DNA of 64,000 nucleotides from an uncultured virus (IMG/VR IMGVR_UViG_2061766007_000739). Lineage: Duplodnaviria > Heunggongvirae > Uroviricota > Caudoviricetes. The DNA lies in IMG/VR virus record IMGVR_UViG_2061766007_000739; one strand, given 5' to 3'. The position numbers and the translations under genes are program-made. Shown piece by piece: positions 10,509 to 19,141 of the stretch; position 1 is the stretch's first letter, and every line of letters starts with the position of its first letter. The notes under the pieces were generated by a model, which had not been told where the DNA came from, did not search any database, and saw nothing but the letters and a program-made list of their open reading frames with translations.

Positions 10509-10588
10509 TACTGACAGCAATAGCTGCCTTGAGCAGGAAGTTACACCGTCACCGGTTGTGCAGTTCATTCCATATAGCAGTCGCGTAG
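10461..10588 (+). ncRNA. Putative TnpB omega-RNA (reRNA) scaffold plus guide
   Basis: AGTACCCCAGGAACTGAGGG...AAGCCTG...GAGCAGGAAG...GCAGTTCA layout overlapping the tnpB 3' end, typical of IS605-type right ends; guide is the flanking DNA from about 10569. Confidence 0.65.
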
Positions 10589-11377
10589 GACATTGAGGCG
10601 CTTGCTGTCTCTCAGCTTCTCTATTGCCTGGTTTTTGATCTTGCGAATCCAGTCCTTGCTCATGCCGGTATTCGCCGCCTCTTCCTCAAAACTACTCCCA
10701 TCTCCGTCAAGGCCGTACAGGGAACGCAACAATTTGTTCTCTATCGGTGTAAGGACGCGATTCATTTCGGCAACAAGGCCATCTCGCATGTCTTCCATGA
10801 TAGCGTTCTTTTCCGGATTGACATCAGTAGATTCATCGGGTATGACATCGTGCAACAGGAACGTGGAATTTTCACCATCCTCGCCCACTGGCATGTCGAG
10901 TGAATCCGGGCCCAGGATGGCATTCATGGCTTCCGTCCCGTAATTCATGTCCATCGGGAGGCCGTCTCGTATAGCCTTCAATACGCGCTTGCGCTGCCGC
11001 ACGGGGACATGGACCAAATCGCGTCCCTGGACAACCATAGACATATGGCGCCTGACTTCCCAGATGGCAAATGAGCCGAATTTTACGCCTTTACGATAAT
11101 CGTATTTGTAAAACGACTCCATGAGTCCCAGTTTGCCCTCGGTATAAAAGTCGGTAATGGGCAATCCGGTGACGTTGTGATAGTCCATTGCAAGCTTCAG
11201 CACCAGCCTGAGGTTCGATTTGATGATTTTGAGCTTGGCAGCTTCCCTCACTCCCTCATTCTTGCTCGTATGATAGGTCTGAAAACAGGCGTTTTCCGCC
11301 CGTTGGCCTATAATTTCATAACCGGCAACCTCGGCGAAGAGCTCTTGCACTCCTGGTTCAATTGAAATTGCGGGCAA
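10565..11377 (-). CDS. Sigma70-family RNA polymerase sigma factor (regions 2-4)
   Basis: SNLRLVLKLA, EGKLGLMES.YKYD..KGVKFGSFAIWEVR, VHVP, SLDMPVGED and region 4 HTH GMSKDWIRKIKNQAIEKLR; TTG start. Confidence 0.88.
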   Translation of the reverse strand: MPAISIEPGVQELFAEVAGYEIIGQRAENACFQTYHTSKNEGVREAAKLKIIKSNLRLVLKLAMDYHNVTGLPITDFYTEGKLGLMESFYKYDYRKGVKFGSFAIWEVRRHMSMVVQGRDLVHVPVRQRKRVLKAIRDGLPMDMNYGTEAMNAILGPDSLDMPVGEDGENSTFLLHDVIPDESTDVNPEKNAIMEDMRDGLVAEMNRVLTPIENKLLRSLYGLDGDGSSFEEEAANTGMSKDWIRKIKNQAIEKLRDSKRLNVLRDCYME

Positions 11378-11406
11378 AACACACCCCTTTGTATATTGTT
11401 AACCTT

Positions 11407-11435
11407 AATATAACAACTTATCAACACTCTGTCAA
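11407..11435 (-). promoter_or_regulatory. Host sigma70-type promoter of the phage sigma gene
   Basis: TTGACA-N17-TATATT on the minus strand, about 30 nt upstream of the start. Confidence 0.7.
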
Positions 11436-11530
11436 CACTTAATTGACGAAAATGTAAGAAAAGTTTATACAATCGCAAGCTAAAAAACCGTGGCCAACCG
11501 CTAAAGCTTTGGAAAATAGGAGATTTTCCA

Positions 11531-12394
11531 ATGAAAAGACTAGCAATCAGCGTTTCCGGTGGCGGTGCCCTCGGTATCGGCCCACTCGCATTCATGACCA
11601 GGATGGAACAAGATTTCGGTAAGAAGCTCTGCGACATGAGTTTTGCCTACGGAGGCACCTCTACAGGCTCGATTATCGCAGCAGGCCTCGCACAAGGCCT
11701 GTCGGCGCACGAAATCTTCGACCTGTACAAGGGAAACTTGAAGAATATCTTCAAAAAGTACCCTGCATATAAGGTTTTTGACATCAAATGCCCGACATAC
11801 AACAATTCCAAGCTCAAGACGATCCTTCAAAAGACCTTTCCGGGCAAGATAGGCGACTGGAAAAAGTCCGTGTACATCCCGGCTACCTTCATGAACGGCA
11901 AGAGCGTCGAAAAGGTCTGGGACCTTGGGGATAAGGATACCGAAAAGTGGTTCGCGGTACTCACAAGCTGCTCCGCACCGACCTATTTTGACGTGATTGT
12001 GCAGGATGGCAAGAGCTACTGTGATGGTGGCATGTGGGCCAATGACCCTATTGAAACCCTCGAATCCGGCTTGACCAAGGCAGGACATAGAGATTTCAAG
12101 ATTCTGTCGTTCAATACCGGCATGGACACCCCGCACACAGCCTGTGGCAACATGTCCAAGCTCGGATGGCTTGAATACATCCTGGACGAATGGGTTGCAA
12201 GAAGCGGCATGGCCAATTACTATGAAGCATGCGCCCATCTTGGCGAGGAAAACGTGTTCCGTGCATCCCCATCCCATAACAAGAAGATTAAGATGGACAA
12301 GACGGACGACAAGACCGTCAACGAGGTCATCGATATCTGGCAGAAATATTATGAGAGTGTCAAGGGCAAGCTGAAAAAGTTCATAGAGCGCTAA
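11531..12394 (+). CDS. Patatin-like phospholipase
   Basis: SGGGALG oxyanion motif, GTSTG nucleophile, SAPTYF and DGG catalytic Asp. Confidence 0.9.
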   Translation: MKRLAISVSGGGALGIGPLAFMTRMEQDFGKKLCDMSFAYGGTSTGSIIAAGLAQGLSAHEIFDLYKGNLKNIFKKYPAYKVFDIKCPTYNNSKLKTILQKTFPGKIGDWKKSVYIPATFMNGKSVEKVWDLGDKDTEKWFAVLTSCSAPTYFDVIVQDGKSYCDGGMWANDPIETLESGLTKAGHRDFKILSFNTGMDTPHTACGNMSKLGWLEYILDEWVARSGMANYYEACAHLGEENVFRASPSHNKKIKMDKTDDKTVNEVIDIWQKYYESVKGKLKKFIER

Positions 12395-12704
12395 ACTTGC
12401 GCTTCATGTGCTCCGTAACGAAATCAATTTCGTAATCGGCAGCGACAACCTTGCCATTAAGCATTGCAAATATGAGTGTACCGGTTCTGTTCCGGTACAC
12501 TTCGCATGTACGGCGGTCCTGAGAGCATTTAACTGTAATGACAAAATCGGAATACATGTTGCCTGGACCCGGCTTTAACATCATGCCGGTTTCCTGAACA
12601 TGCTTACATTCCTTTTTCATCATTTTAAGGAGTATGCCCATGAACTCCGCCTGTGAAGGCGTGAGTATAAGCGAACCCTTTATGTCTTTTGCCTGAGATG
12701 CCAT
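12381..12704 (-). CDS. Hypothetical protein
   Basis: 107 aa ORF following the fibre gene on the same strand. Confidence 0.55.
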   Translation of the reverse strand: MASQAKDIKGSLILTPSQAEFMGILLKMMKKECKHVQETGMMLKPGPGNMYSDFVITVKCSQDRRTCEVYRNRTGTLIFAMLNGKVVAADYEIDFVTEHMKRKFSAL

Positions 12705-12744
12705 AGATTAACCTTAACTCATCCACAGTAGCCAGTTATTTCTT

Positions 12745-14025
12745 TTACCAGCTCTGGCATTCCAGATACATTATACCTGTTTCCTCATCAGTAATATTAT
12801 TGAACCATTTACTTTGAAGCGTACCGCTGTCGTAGCGAACCGCGTTAAGGTTTGTACAATACCAATCACCGTTTCCGTCTTTAACCGCCTGATATTCGGT
12901 TATCCACAACGGATATCCGTCACCCCAAGGGTCATTGGAAACTTCCTTACCCAGTTCAAAACTATCACCACGGTTGTACCAATACGCATAAAGCTTTGGG
13001 TCGATGGGTTTGAACTGGATAGATTCACCGGGGCCAGAATTCTCGGCATAATCTTGTTTATCACATAAGATATTACGTGGAACAGTCTGACCATTGAGTT
13101 TAAGATACTTTATCTGTATAATCATCTTGTGGTGCGTTCCAGCAATCGGGAGCCAACCGCGTTCTGTACCAAGATATTCATACATAGTCTTTGAAGCAGG
13201 ACAATACGCATGCTGACCAAGAAAAGCACCGGGACTAATAGGGCTCTTGTATCCAGTCCCATATACAACACATGCATCAGACGGATTGATATAACTAACT
13301 GTCCCACCAGCTGTTATCTTATAATGAGAACCCGGTTTGATAGGAACCGATTCTCCCGAGAAACTAATCTCGGAAATAGACGTTAAATGTGTATGGTTAC
13401 CGCTTGCAAATTCACCTGCAGCAGTGCCAAATGCACCCGTAGTAATTAGGCCATCAGTCGTTGTCACCAAAGGTAGACCCGATGCGTTACCAATTTTACC
13501 ATCAGTACTAATATTACCATGTGTATGGTTACCGCTCGCAAATTCACCTGCACCGGTACCAAATGCGCCTGTAGTAACTAGACCATCGGTCGTTGTCAGC
13601 AAAGGAAGACCTGATGCACTGCCAATTTTGCCATCAGTACTAATATTACCATGTGTATGGTTACCGCTTGCAAATTGACCTGCAGAAGTTCCAAATGCAC
13701 CCGTAGTAATGAGACCACCGGTCGTTGTCACCAAAGGAAGCCCTGATGTGCTACCAATTTTACCATCATTAGTAATATTGCCGTGTGTATGTGCAGGCAA
13801 ATCAGGCAAACAAATGGAAGGAATCTTACCTTCCGTATCTAGCGGAGCAATACCACAAGTTTTCTTTCCATATGCATCGGTCGTAGTAGCCTTACCAATG
13901 ACACCTCCATTTTCAAGATCATCATCCAAGCCAATATTATGACGAGCCATCCAAAGCCAGCCATTCTCGGCAACATTAGCAGCCCGTTGGTCTACGTTAT
14001 AGAGAACCTTATTAATCTTGCTCAT
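12745..14025 (-). CDS. Putative tail fibre or spike protein with HxH repeats
   Basis: Three 44-aa Gly/Thr-rich repeats delimited by HTH (His-x-His) motifs typical of trimeric metal-binding fibres. Confidence 0.65.
   Translation of the reverse strand: MSKINKVLYNVDQRAANVAENGWLWMARHNIGLDDDLENGGVIGKATTTDAYGKKTCGIAPLDTEGKIPSICLPDLPAHTHGNITNDGKIGSTSGLPLVTTTGGLITTGAFGTSAGQFASGNHTHGNISTDGKIGSASGLPLLTTTDGLVTTGAFGTGAGEFASGNHTHGNISTDGKIGNASGLPLVTTTDGLITTGAFGTAAGEFASGNHTHLTSISEISFSGESVPIKPGSHYKITAGGTVSYINPSDACVVYGTGYKSPISPGAFLGQHAYCPASKTMYEYLGTERGWLPIAGTHHKMIIQIKYLKLNGQTVPRNILCDKQDYAENSGPGESIQFKPIDPKLYAYWYNRGDSFELGKEVSNDPWGDGYPLWITEYQAVKDGNGDWYCTNLNAVRYDSGTLQSKWFNNITDEETGIMYLECQSW
13387..13791 (-). repeat. 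Three tandem 132-bp coding repeats
   Basis: ATGTGTATGGTTACCGC recurs at 13387, 13519 and 13651, with a partial copy at 13783. Confidence 0.9.
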
Positions 14026-14680
14026 CAGAAGCTACCTTTTCCTTTGCCGGGGACACCCACAGCTCCATTTCGTTACCCGAGCCATCTATTTTCATGTGGC
14101 CCACTTTCTTGTATCCGCTTTCCTGCACATTCTTCACGGTCGGCGCATCCATCGGGTCAACCACGATGAAACATGGCGAACCGTTGACATTCAGTTGCAG
14201 GAACAATTCCTTTGCTACGCCGGATGAGCGAAAATCTTCCTCAATGGAAAAGAAAGACTGTTGCAGACGGCCATCCAGGTTATACCCGGTTTTCAATGAA
14301 TAGAACCTGATGGGCACATATCCATGATAGTCTTCCATTGACGGGTCCACTACATTCGTAACAGCCACGGGCGCATCGTCGCATGTGATGTAGAGGACAA
14401 GTATGCTGTTCATCAGCTGGTCAATCGTCCTTGGCGTCGCCATCGGTTCACGCCCGGATGCCTGTTGCGCAGCAATCACGTTCTTTGCATCATGAGCACG
14501 GTCAACCATGTCAGCAAGTTCAGCCAGCGTATTCTGGTCGAGTTCACTTGGATTCTTGGCATATGCCTTGTAATGAGATGCATCCAATGCCCCAGCATTG
14601 CCTGTCATGTCCACTGACGCCATTTCGCACAGCGGAAGCATACTTTCAAGCGATTCAAACATGTCCATCATAATAAACAC
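14012..14680 (-). CDS. Putative GNAT-fold acetyltransferase
   Basis: FSIEEDFRSSGVAKELF resembles acetyl-CoA motif A; C-terminal ESGYKKVG; TATAAACT upstream. Confidence 0.55.
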   Translation of the reverse strand: MFIMMDMFESLESMLPLCEMASVDMTGNAGALDASHYKAYAKNPSELDQNTLAELADMVDRAHDAKNVIAAQQASGREPMATPRTIDQLMNSILVLYITCDDAPVAVTNVVDPSMEDYHGYVPIRFYSLKTGYNLDGRLQQSFFSIEEDFRSSGVAKELFLQLNVNGSPCFIVVDPMDAPTVKNVQESGYKKVGHMKIDGSGNEMELWVSPAKEKVASDEQD

Positions 14681-14734
14681 ACCAGCCGGTAAAAATCTTT
14701 CATGGTACAGTTTATAATTTTTAAATCATTGCCA

Positions 14735-14767
14735 AACAAAAATAGGAGCGGGTTTTCACCCACTCCC
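14735..14767 (-). terminator. Intrinsic terminator after the major capsid gene
   Basis: GGGAGTGGGT-GAAA-ACCCGCTCCT followed by a T-run. Confidence 0.8.
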
Positions 14768-14807
14768 ATTCATTTCCGTTTCCCCTTTCGGGCAAGACCG
14801 GTAAAGA

Positions 14808-16298
14808 TTACCAGTGCTTGTCTTCGAAGGTCATGCCACCCGGAGCGTTGTAGAGCTCGCTGGAAGTGTCATGGTAGGAGAGACCCGGTTCGAGGTTGTC
14901 ACCCGTGAAGGAACCGTTAGATTCCCACGGAGCCTGGTTAAGGTCAATGCCAGTGATGACATTGTTGACATTCTTGAACTGGATGATACGGTAGAACTGG
15001 CCAGCGCCAAGGAGGTTAGCCACAATGGCGTAACGAGACTTGACGATCAAGCGCGGGCTACCATCTTCCTGACCGGCGGTCTTCGTGAAGATGTACGGGA
15101 TGTACGGCATGAAAATAATGCCGGACTCACCCTGGCGAGGACCCTTGAAGCCAACGAGGGCGTAGGAGGCGTTCGCGTAGATGTCCTGGTACAGCTTGAT
15201 CTGACCGTTGAGGAGAGAACCAGCATCAGCAACACCACCAGCCGGCTGCATAGTAGCATCAGTACCGAGGTAGCCGTTCGGGATGTAGATACCGTTGTTC
15301 AACGTAGCGATAGCAGCGCCGATGTCCGGGGAGACGATGGCGAAGTTACCGGAGCCCATACGAGTCGTAAGAGCGATCTTACGAGAAACAGCGATGATGG
15401 TGTTCACGATGCCAGCTGCGATGGATTCAGCAGGCCAGCGACCCTTTGCCGGACCAGTTTCAGTGTTGGCGAGGTCAACAACGATGACCTTTTCACCACC
15501 GAGGCGTTCGTTCTGAGCAACCATGATCATAGCCATGAGAATTTCTCTGTCTATGTTCTGCTGGATTTCGAACTGGAGGCCTTCGAGCAAGAGAGCTTCA
15601 ACATCCTGGCCGTGTGCTGCAGCCATGTCCTGCTGGAGTTCGAGCGTGTAATGGCTCTTGATAGCGCGAGTACCGACGCGGATAGCACCAGAAATCACCT
15701 TGATGGAGGCTTTCTTGATGTTGTATGCGTAGCCACCGAGGTCATCGTCACCGTCGTTGGTGAGACCACCGAAGTTGTTGTAGAGCTGACCCGGAGCACC
15801 AAAGCCGTTCGGACCATAAGCGAGGCCGGTACGTTCCTGCGTACCTTCGGAGTAGTTGGAGAGCATTTCGCCAGCACCCGTGCTGTACGGGTTGAAGGAC
15901 GTTGCAAAGCCGGTGTGGTCAGCGATCAAATCGTAACCAATTTCCTGCTTCTGGCCATAACGGAAGGCAGTCGTCTTGAGCGGTTCGTTATCGTACAGAT
16001 AACGCAACGCGAAGTAAATTCCCTGTGGAGTAGTCGTCGGGATGACGGCCACAGTGTTCATAGCCAACAGTTCAGGGAACTGACGGCGAATGAGCGGAAG
16101 GGCATACTGTTGGTACTGAGCCACATCAGCGGTGATGTTGGCAGATTCGAACTTGGCACCACGGTTGACCAAGTTCTGGTTTTCAAGAAGCACTGCGATT
16201 GCAGAAGCTTCCCCACGGTTGCGGAGCGGGCGACCGAGATTGGATTCAAGGACGGCCTTCCACTTACGTGTATTGGACTTGTTCTGGATAACCTGCAT
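14808..16298 (-). CDS. gp23: Major capsid protein (T4 gp23-like)
   Basis: LPLIRRQFPELLA, GIYFALRYLY, RAIKSHYTLELQQDMAAAHGQDVEA, EIQQNIDREI, GNFAIVSP, GIIFMPYIP and KSRYAIVAN; highly biased codons. Confidence 0.95.
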   Translation of the reverse strand: MQVIQNKSNTRKWKAVLESNLGRPLRNRGEASAIAVLLENQNLVNRGAKFESANITADVAQYQQYALPLIRRQFPELLAMNTVAVIPTTTPQGIYFALRYLYDNEPLKTTAFRYGQKQEIGYDLIADHTGFATSFNPYSTGAGEMLSNYSEGTQERTGLAYGPNGFGAPGQLYNNFGGLTNDGDDDLGGYAYNIKKASIKVISGAIRVGTRAIKSHYTLELQQDMAAAHGQDVEALLLEGLQFEIQQNIDREILMAMIMVAQNERLGGEKVIVVDLANTETGPAKGRWPAESIAAGIVNTIIAVSRKIALTTRMGSGNFAIVSPDIGAAIATLNNGIYIPNGYLGTDATMQPAGGVADAGSLLNGQIKLYQDIYANASYALVGFKGPRQGESGIIFMPYIPYIFTKTAGQEDGSPRLIVKSRYAIVANLLGAGQFYRIIQFKNVNNVITGIDLNQAPWESNGSFTGDNLEPGLSYHDTSSELYNAPGGMTFEDKHW

Positions 16299-16450
16299 TG
16301 TTTGTTACCTTTTGTTGAGTTAGTGTTCCGTTCGCATATCATGTGCTCCGAACGGAAGCACTCTCGAACGTTTTCTGCCATAATGTTTAGAGTTTTCATT
16401 TTTTAACATGAAAAACAGGCCAAAAACGTGCACTGAAACCGCTAAAGTCA

Positions 16451-16477
16451 GAAAAATCCCGGGGTTACCGGGATTTT
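16451..16477 (-). terminator. Intrinsic terminator after the portal gene
   Basis: AAAATCCCGG-GGTTA-CCGGGATTTT inverted repeat. Confidence 0.7.
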
Positions 16478-16492
16478 CCATACATTTTCGGG

Positions 16493-18211
16493 CTACATCA
16501 GGCCTCCGAGACCGCCACCGGCATCACCGCCAGCGCCACCACCGGCACCACCGCCCGCATCGCCACCACTAGACGAAGAACCGGTTTCACCATAAAGCTC
16601 ATCGTTCTTTTCTTCCTGGAGCCACTGGCGAATCTGGTTGTACTCTTCATTGCTGACACGAAGACCCTTCATGAGGGCAAACTTCCTCGGAAGCATGCCG
16701 GTCGGGTTATCCTTGGAACGGCAATGCTTGGCCATGAGGTCAAACGTATTGAGCCTGGTGTTCCAGATTTCGCTTTCGATGAAGTTTTGGAAACCGTTGG
16801 AACGTTTGAACCTGACCGAGAAGTTGACTTCACTCTTGATGGAGTTGTCCACGTTCTTCATCGTGTTGAGCACCATGACAAACAGACGAATCATGATTGC
16901 TTCAAGCGGAGTCTGGTAACGCTGAACCAGCGCGGCAAACGATACTTCGGACTGGGTAACTTCACCAATCTTGCCCTGCGTGTAGTTCTGGTTATCGCCA
17001 GCAAGCGCAGTGATACGGCCAGGAGGCACCATGAGGGAATTGACGAGGTTGCGCTTGAAGAACTTCAAGTCGTCAATGTTCTGAAGGTTGTTACCGGCAT
17101 TCATTCGTTCAATGGATGAACCTGTACGGCCCTGGGAAAGACTGATGATATAATGCTCGGTCAAGCCGATTGCCTTGCCAAAGTTCGTCACTTCGCCAGT
17201 CTGCGAATTGTAATCCAGCTTACGGGAGAAGACCTTAGCCTGGTCCTTCATGTACTTCTCGGCCTTATCCTTCGGCATGTTACCCGTATCGACCTTCATG
17301 ACCAGTTTTTCCTGACCCCAGAGAATACGGTACATGACAACGCTATCCTCAATGGTATTGAGTTGGTTATATGGCTTCATTGCCGGTTCCAGAATAGAAC
17401 GCGGGTCATTGATGCCACCAGGGCCTGTCATGTCGAGAGATGCGTACAAAATCTGGTTCGGGGAGAAGTCCTTGTAGTTCTTGCCACCGTTACGCATGTT
17501 CGTCCAGCCCGACTGCATCTGGCGATAGCCGATAATCAAGTCGTCATGGTAGATGACAATCATGTTCTCTTCACGAAGCATCTTCAAGCCAAGAATCTGG
17601 CTCTTGTTCTCGTCAAACTCGATTTCAAAGAAGATACGGCCATGAATGCACAGATAGCGCATGTAGTTCCAGCCGTTAATTCGGAAATTGAGAAGCTCGC
17701 GAAGAACCTTGCGACGGAAAGTTGAATGAAGGATATCCTGGGTAGCATCACCAATCTTTGCATCCGGGTCGATTTCAAGGGAACATGATTCGCCCATGTC
17801 ATCCTTATACGCAGCCTCGTTACAAATCTGGATGATTGACTCGTTCACTTCGGAACGTCCGGCAACCGTTTCATATTTCAATGAACGCTCGACGTTCTTT
17901 CGCCAGTACAGGTCGCATTCCTTCTGGGCAATCGAGTCCTGAACCTTGTCCGGATCCAGCGACTCCGTGGATATGCCGAGCATCGGCGTGAACGTGCTGT
18001 ATCCGTCCGGGGTAGTCCCGTTCGGAAACATCATGTCATTCATGCCCTGCGCGACCGAGTTCCGGGAAGCATTGACCTTGCGTTCCGTGTCTATTCGATT
18101 AAAAATTCGGTCAAAATACGGCCCTTTCGGGTTTCCGATACCGTAATTACGCTCGTAGTTGAGAAGTCTCGACGAGAGGGTTTCCGGTGTCTTGTTTTTC
18201 TTGAAAAGCAT
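16493..18211 (-). CDS. gp20: Portal protein (T4 gp20-like)
   Basis: SILEPAMKPYNQLNTIEDSVVMYRI, VDTGNMPKDKAEKYM, IDDLKFFKRNL and EVTQSEVSF match gp20 blocks. Confidence 0.93.
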   Translation of the reverse strand: MLFKKNKTPETLSSRLLNYERNYGIGNPKGPYFDRIFNRIDTERKVNASRNSVAQGMNDMMFPNGTTPDGYSTFTPMLGISTESLDPDKVQDSIAQKECDLYWRKNVERSLKYETVAGRSEVNESIIQICNEAAYKDDMGESCSLEIDPDAKIGDATQDILHSTFRRKVLRELLNFRINGWNYMRYLCIHGRIFFEIEFDENKSQILGLKMLREENMIVIYHDDLIIGYRQMQSGWTNMRNGGKNYKDFSPNQILYASLDMTGPGGINDPRSILEPAMKPYNQLNTIEDSVVMYRILWGQEKLVMKVDTGNMPKDKAEKYMKDQAKVFSRKLDYNSQTGEVTNFGKAIGLTEHYIISLSQGRTGSSIERMNAGNNLQNIDDLKFFKRNLVNSLMVPPGRITALAGDNQNYTQGKIGEVTQSEVSFAALVQRYQTPLEAIMIRLFVMVLNTMKNVDNSIKSEVNFSVRFKRSNGFQNFIESEIWNTRLNTFDLMAKHCRSKDNPTGMLPRKFALMKGLRVSNEEYNQIRQWLQEEKNDELYGETGSSSSGGDAGGGAGGGAGGDAGGGLGGLM

Positions 18212-18215
18212 AACT

Positions 18216-18425
18216 CTACCTTCCGTAAATTATAACCGTGCCCCCGTAGGTCGCGGCAAAGTTCGCACGCCGCACGGTATTGAAATATTCCTTCAATCCA
18301 TTGTCAGAGATATTGCGGGCCAACATGCGCTTACCATGCATAACGCATTCGACTATATAGGAGAAGTCCCCGAAATCCACCTCGAACAGTGGCAATCCGT
18401 TGTACATCCTATGCATTCGCAACAA
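18216..18425 (-). CDS. Small hypothetical protein
   Basis: 69 aa ORF tightly packed between 18409-19134 and the portal. Confidence 0.55.
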   Translation of the reverse strand: MLRMHRMYNGLPLFEVDFGDFSYIVECVMHGKRMLARNISDNGLKEYFNTVRRANFAATYGGTVIIYGR

Positions 18426-19134
18426 TCCTCCATTGCTCGCTCTGATTGTGCTCGCCGAAATTGCGCGGCTTCAATATGTCAGAAGACACAATCTTCCTGG
18501 CAGCCCGCACAAGGAGCACATACCCATTGTTGTTCAGTCCGCGCCCGTCGGTAATCTTGGCATTCCTTGCGTAATCAAGAAATTCCTGCTGCGAACCAAG
18601 TGCACGAACACCAAACGTCGATTCTACAGACGGGAGCACTTCGTCATCAATTTCGACCGTATTCGGAAAACGGCTAAATCTTGCCGAGAACAGTAGGAAA
18701 TTCGCCACAGACAGCGCGAATGAAATACGGTCACTCATCGGAAGGTCACTGGTTTCGTCAGCTTCCCCGGCCTGTCCACGCAATGCTGGAGGAATGTAGG
18801 CAGCTTCCTCGATAATCGAAAGCACCTGATGGTATTTTTCCGTGTACTTCCCCGCGTCAACCTTCCCGTTCATCAAGGCATAAGAATCAACATCCGCATA
18901 GGATTCCGCAATATTGTTCACCCGGTCACCAAGGATTGCCTTCAGGTCAAACACCAAACGATCAAGCCTTGTATATGACCAGTCGTCAGGAGCCTTCATT
19001 TCATTGCCCTTTTCGTCAACATGACCAGTGTGATATGCATCGCTATCCGTAATGGGCGTAGTCAACCGTTTCACCAGATAGCCAAATACGGTGTCATCAA
19101 ATTCCTGTTTCTTTTTCGTGTACAGCTTGGACAT
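18409..19134 (-). CDS. Hypothetical protein resembling a conserved T4-like phage family
   Basis: YLVKRLTTP..SDAY..G.VDEKG...YTRLDRLVFDLK pattern recalled from T4-like phages; not verified. Confidence 0.55.
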   Translation of the reverse strand: MSKLYTKKKQEFDDTVFGYLVKRLTTPITDSDAYHTGHVDEKGNEMKAPDDWSYTRLDRLVFDLKAILGDRVNNIAESYADVDSYALMNGKVDAGKYTEKYHQVLSIIEEAAYIPPALRGQAGEADETSDLPMSDRISFALSVANFLLFSARFSRFPNTVEIDDEVLPSVESTFGVRALGSQQEFLDYARNAKITDGRGLNNNGYVLLVRAARKIVSSDILKPRNFGEHNQSEQWRIVANA

Positions 19135-19141
19135 GTTCTAC

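Larger units (their letters stand above)
9222..10568 (+). mobile_element. IS200/IS605-family non-autonomous element (tnpB only, IS1341-like)
   Basis: tnpB plus an omega-RNA-like 3' end finishing ...GCAGTTCAT. The left boundary is inferred after TTTAT (9217-9221), because joining the flanks restores the sigma gene stop. Confidence 0.7.

Noticed and set aside
9366..11377. Nuclease-dead TnpB/Cas12f partnered with a sigma factor as an RNA-guided transcription system
   Set aside because: The RuvC D-E-D residues are intact, the genes are convergent rather than operonic, and the adjacency is explained by insertion at the sigma stop codon.
13387..13791. Regularly spaced repeats resembling a CRISPR array
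   Set aside because: The whole 132-bp units repeat in frame inside a protein, with no unique spacers and no cas genes.
14814..16406. Long antisense ORFs (e.g. 14814-16406, 35656-36672, 39759-40832)
   Set aside because: They are shadows of codon-biased genes on the opposite strand, with no motifs or expression signals.
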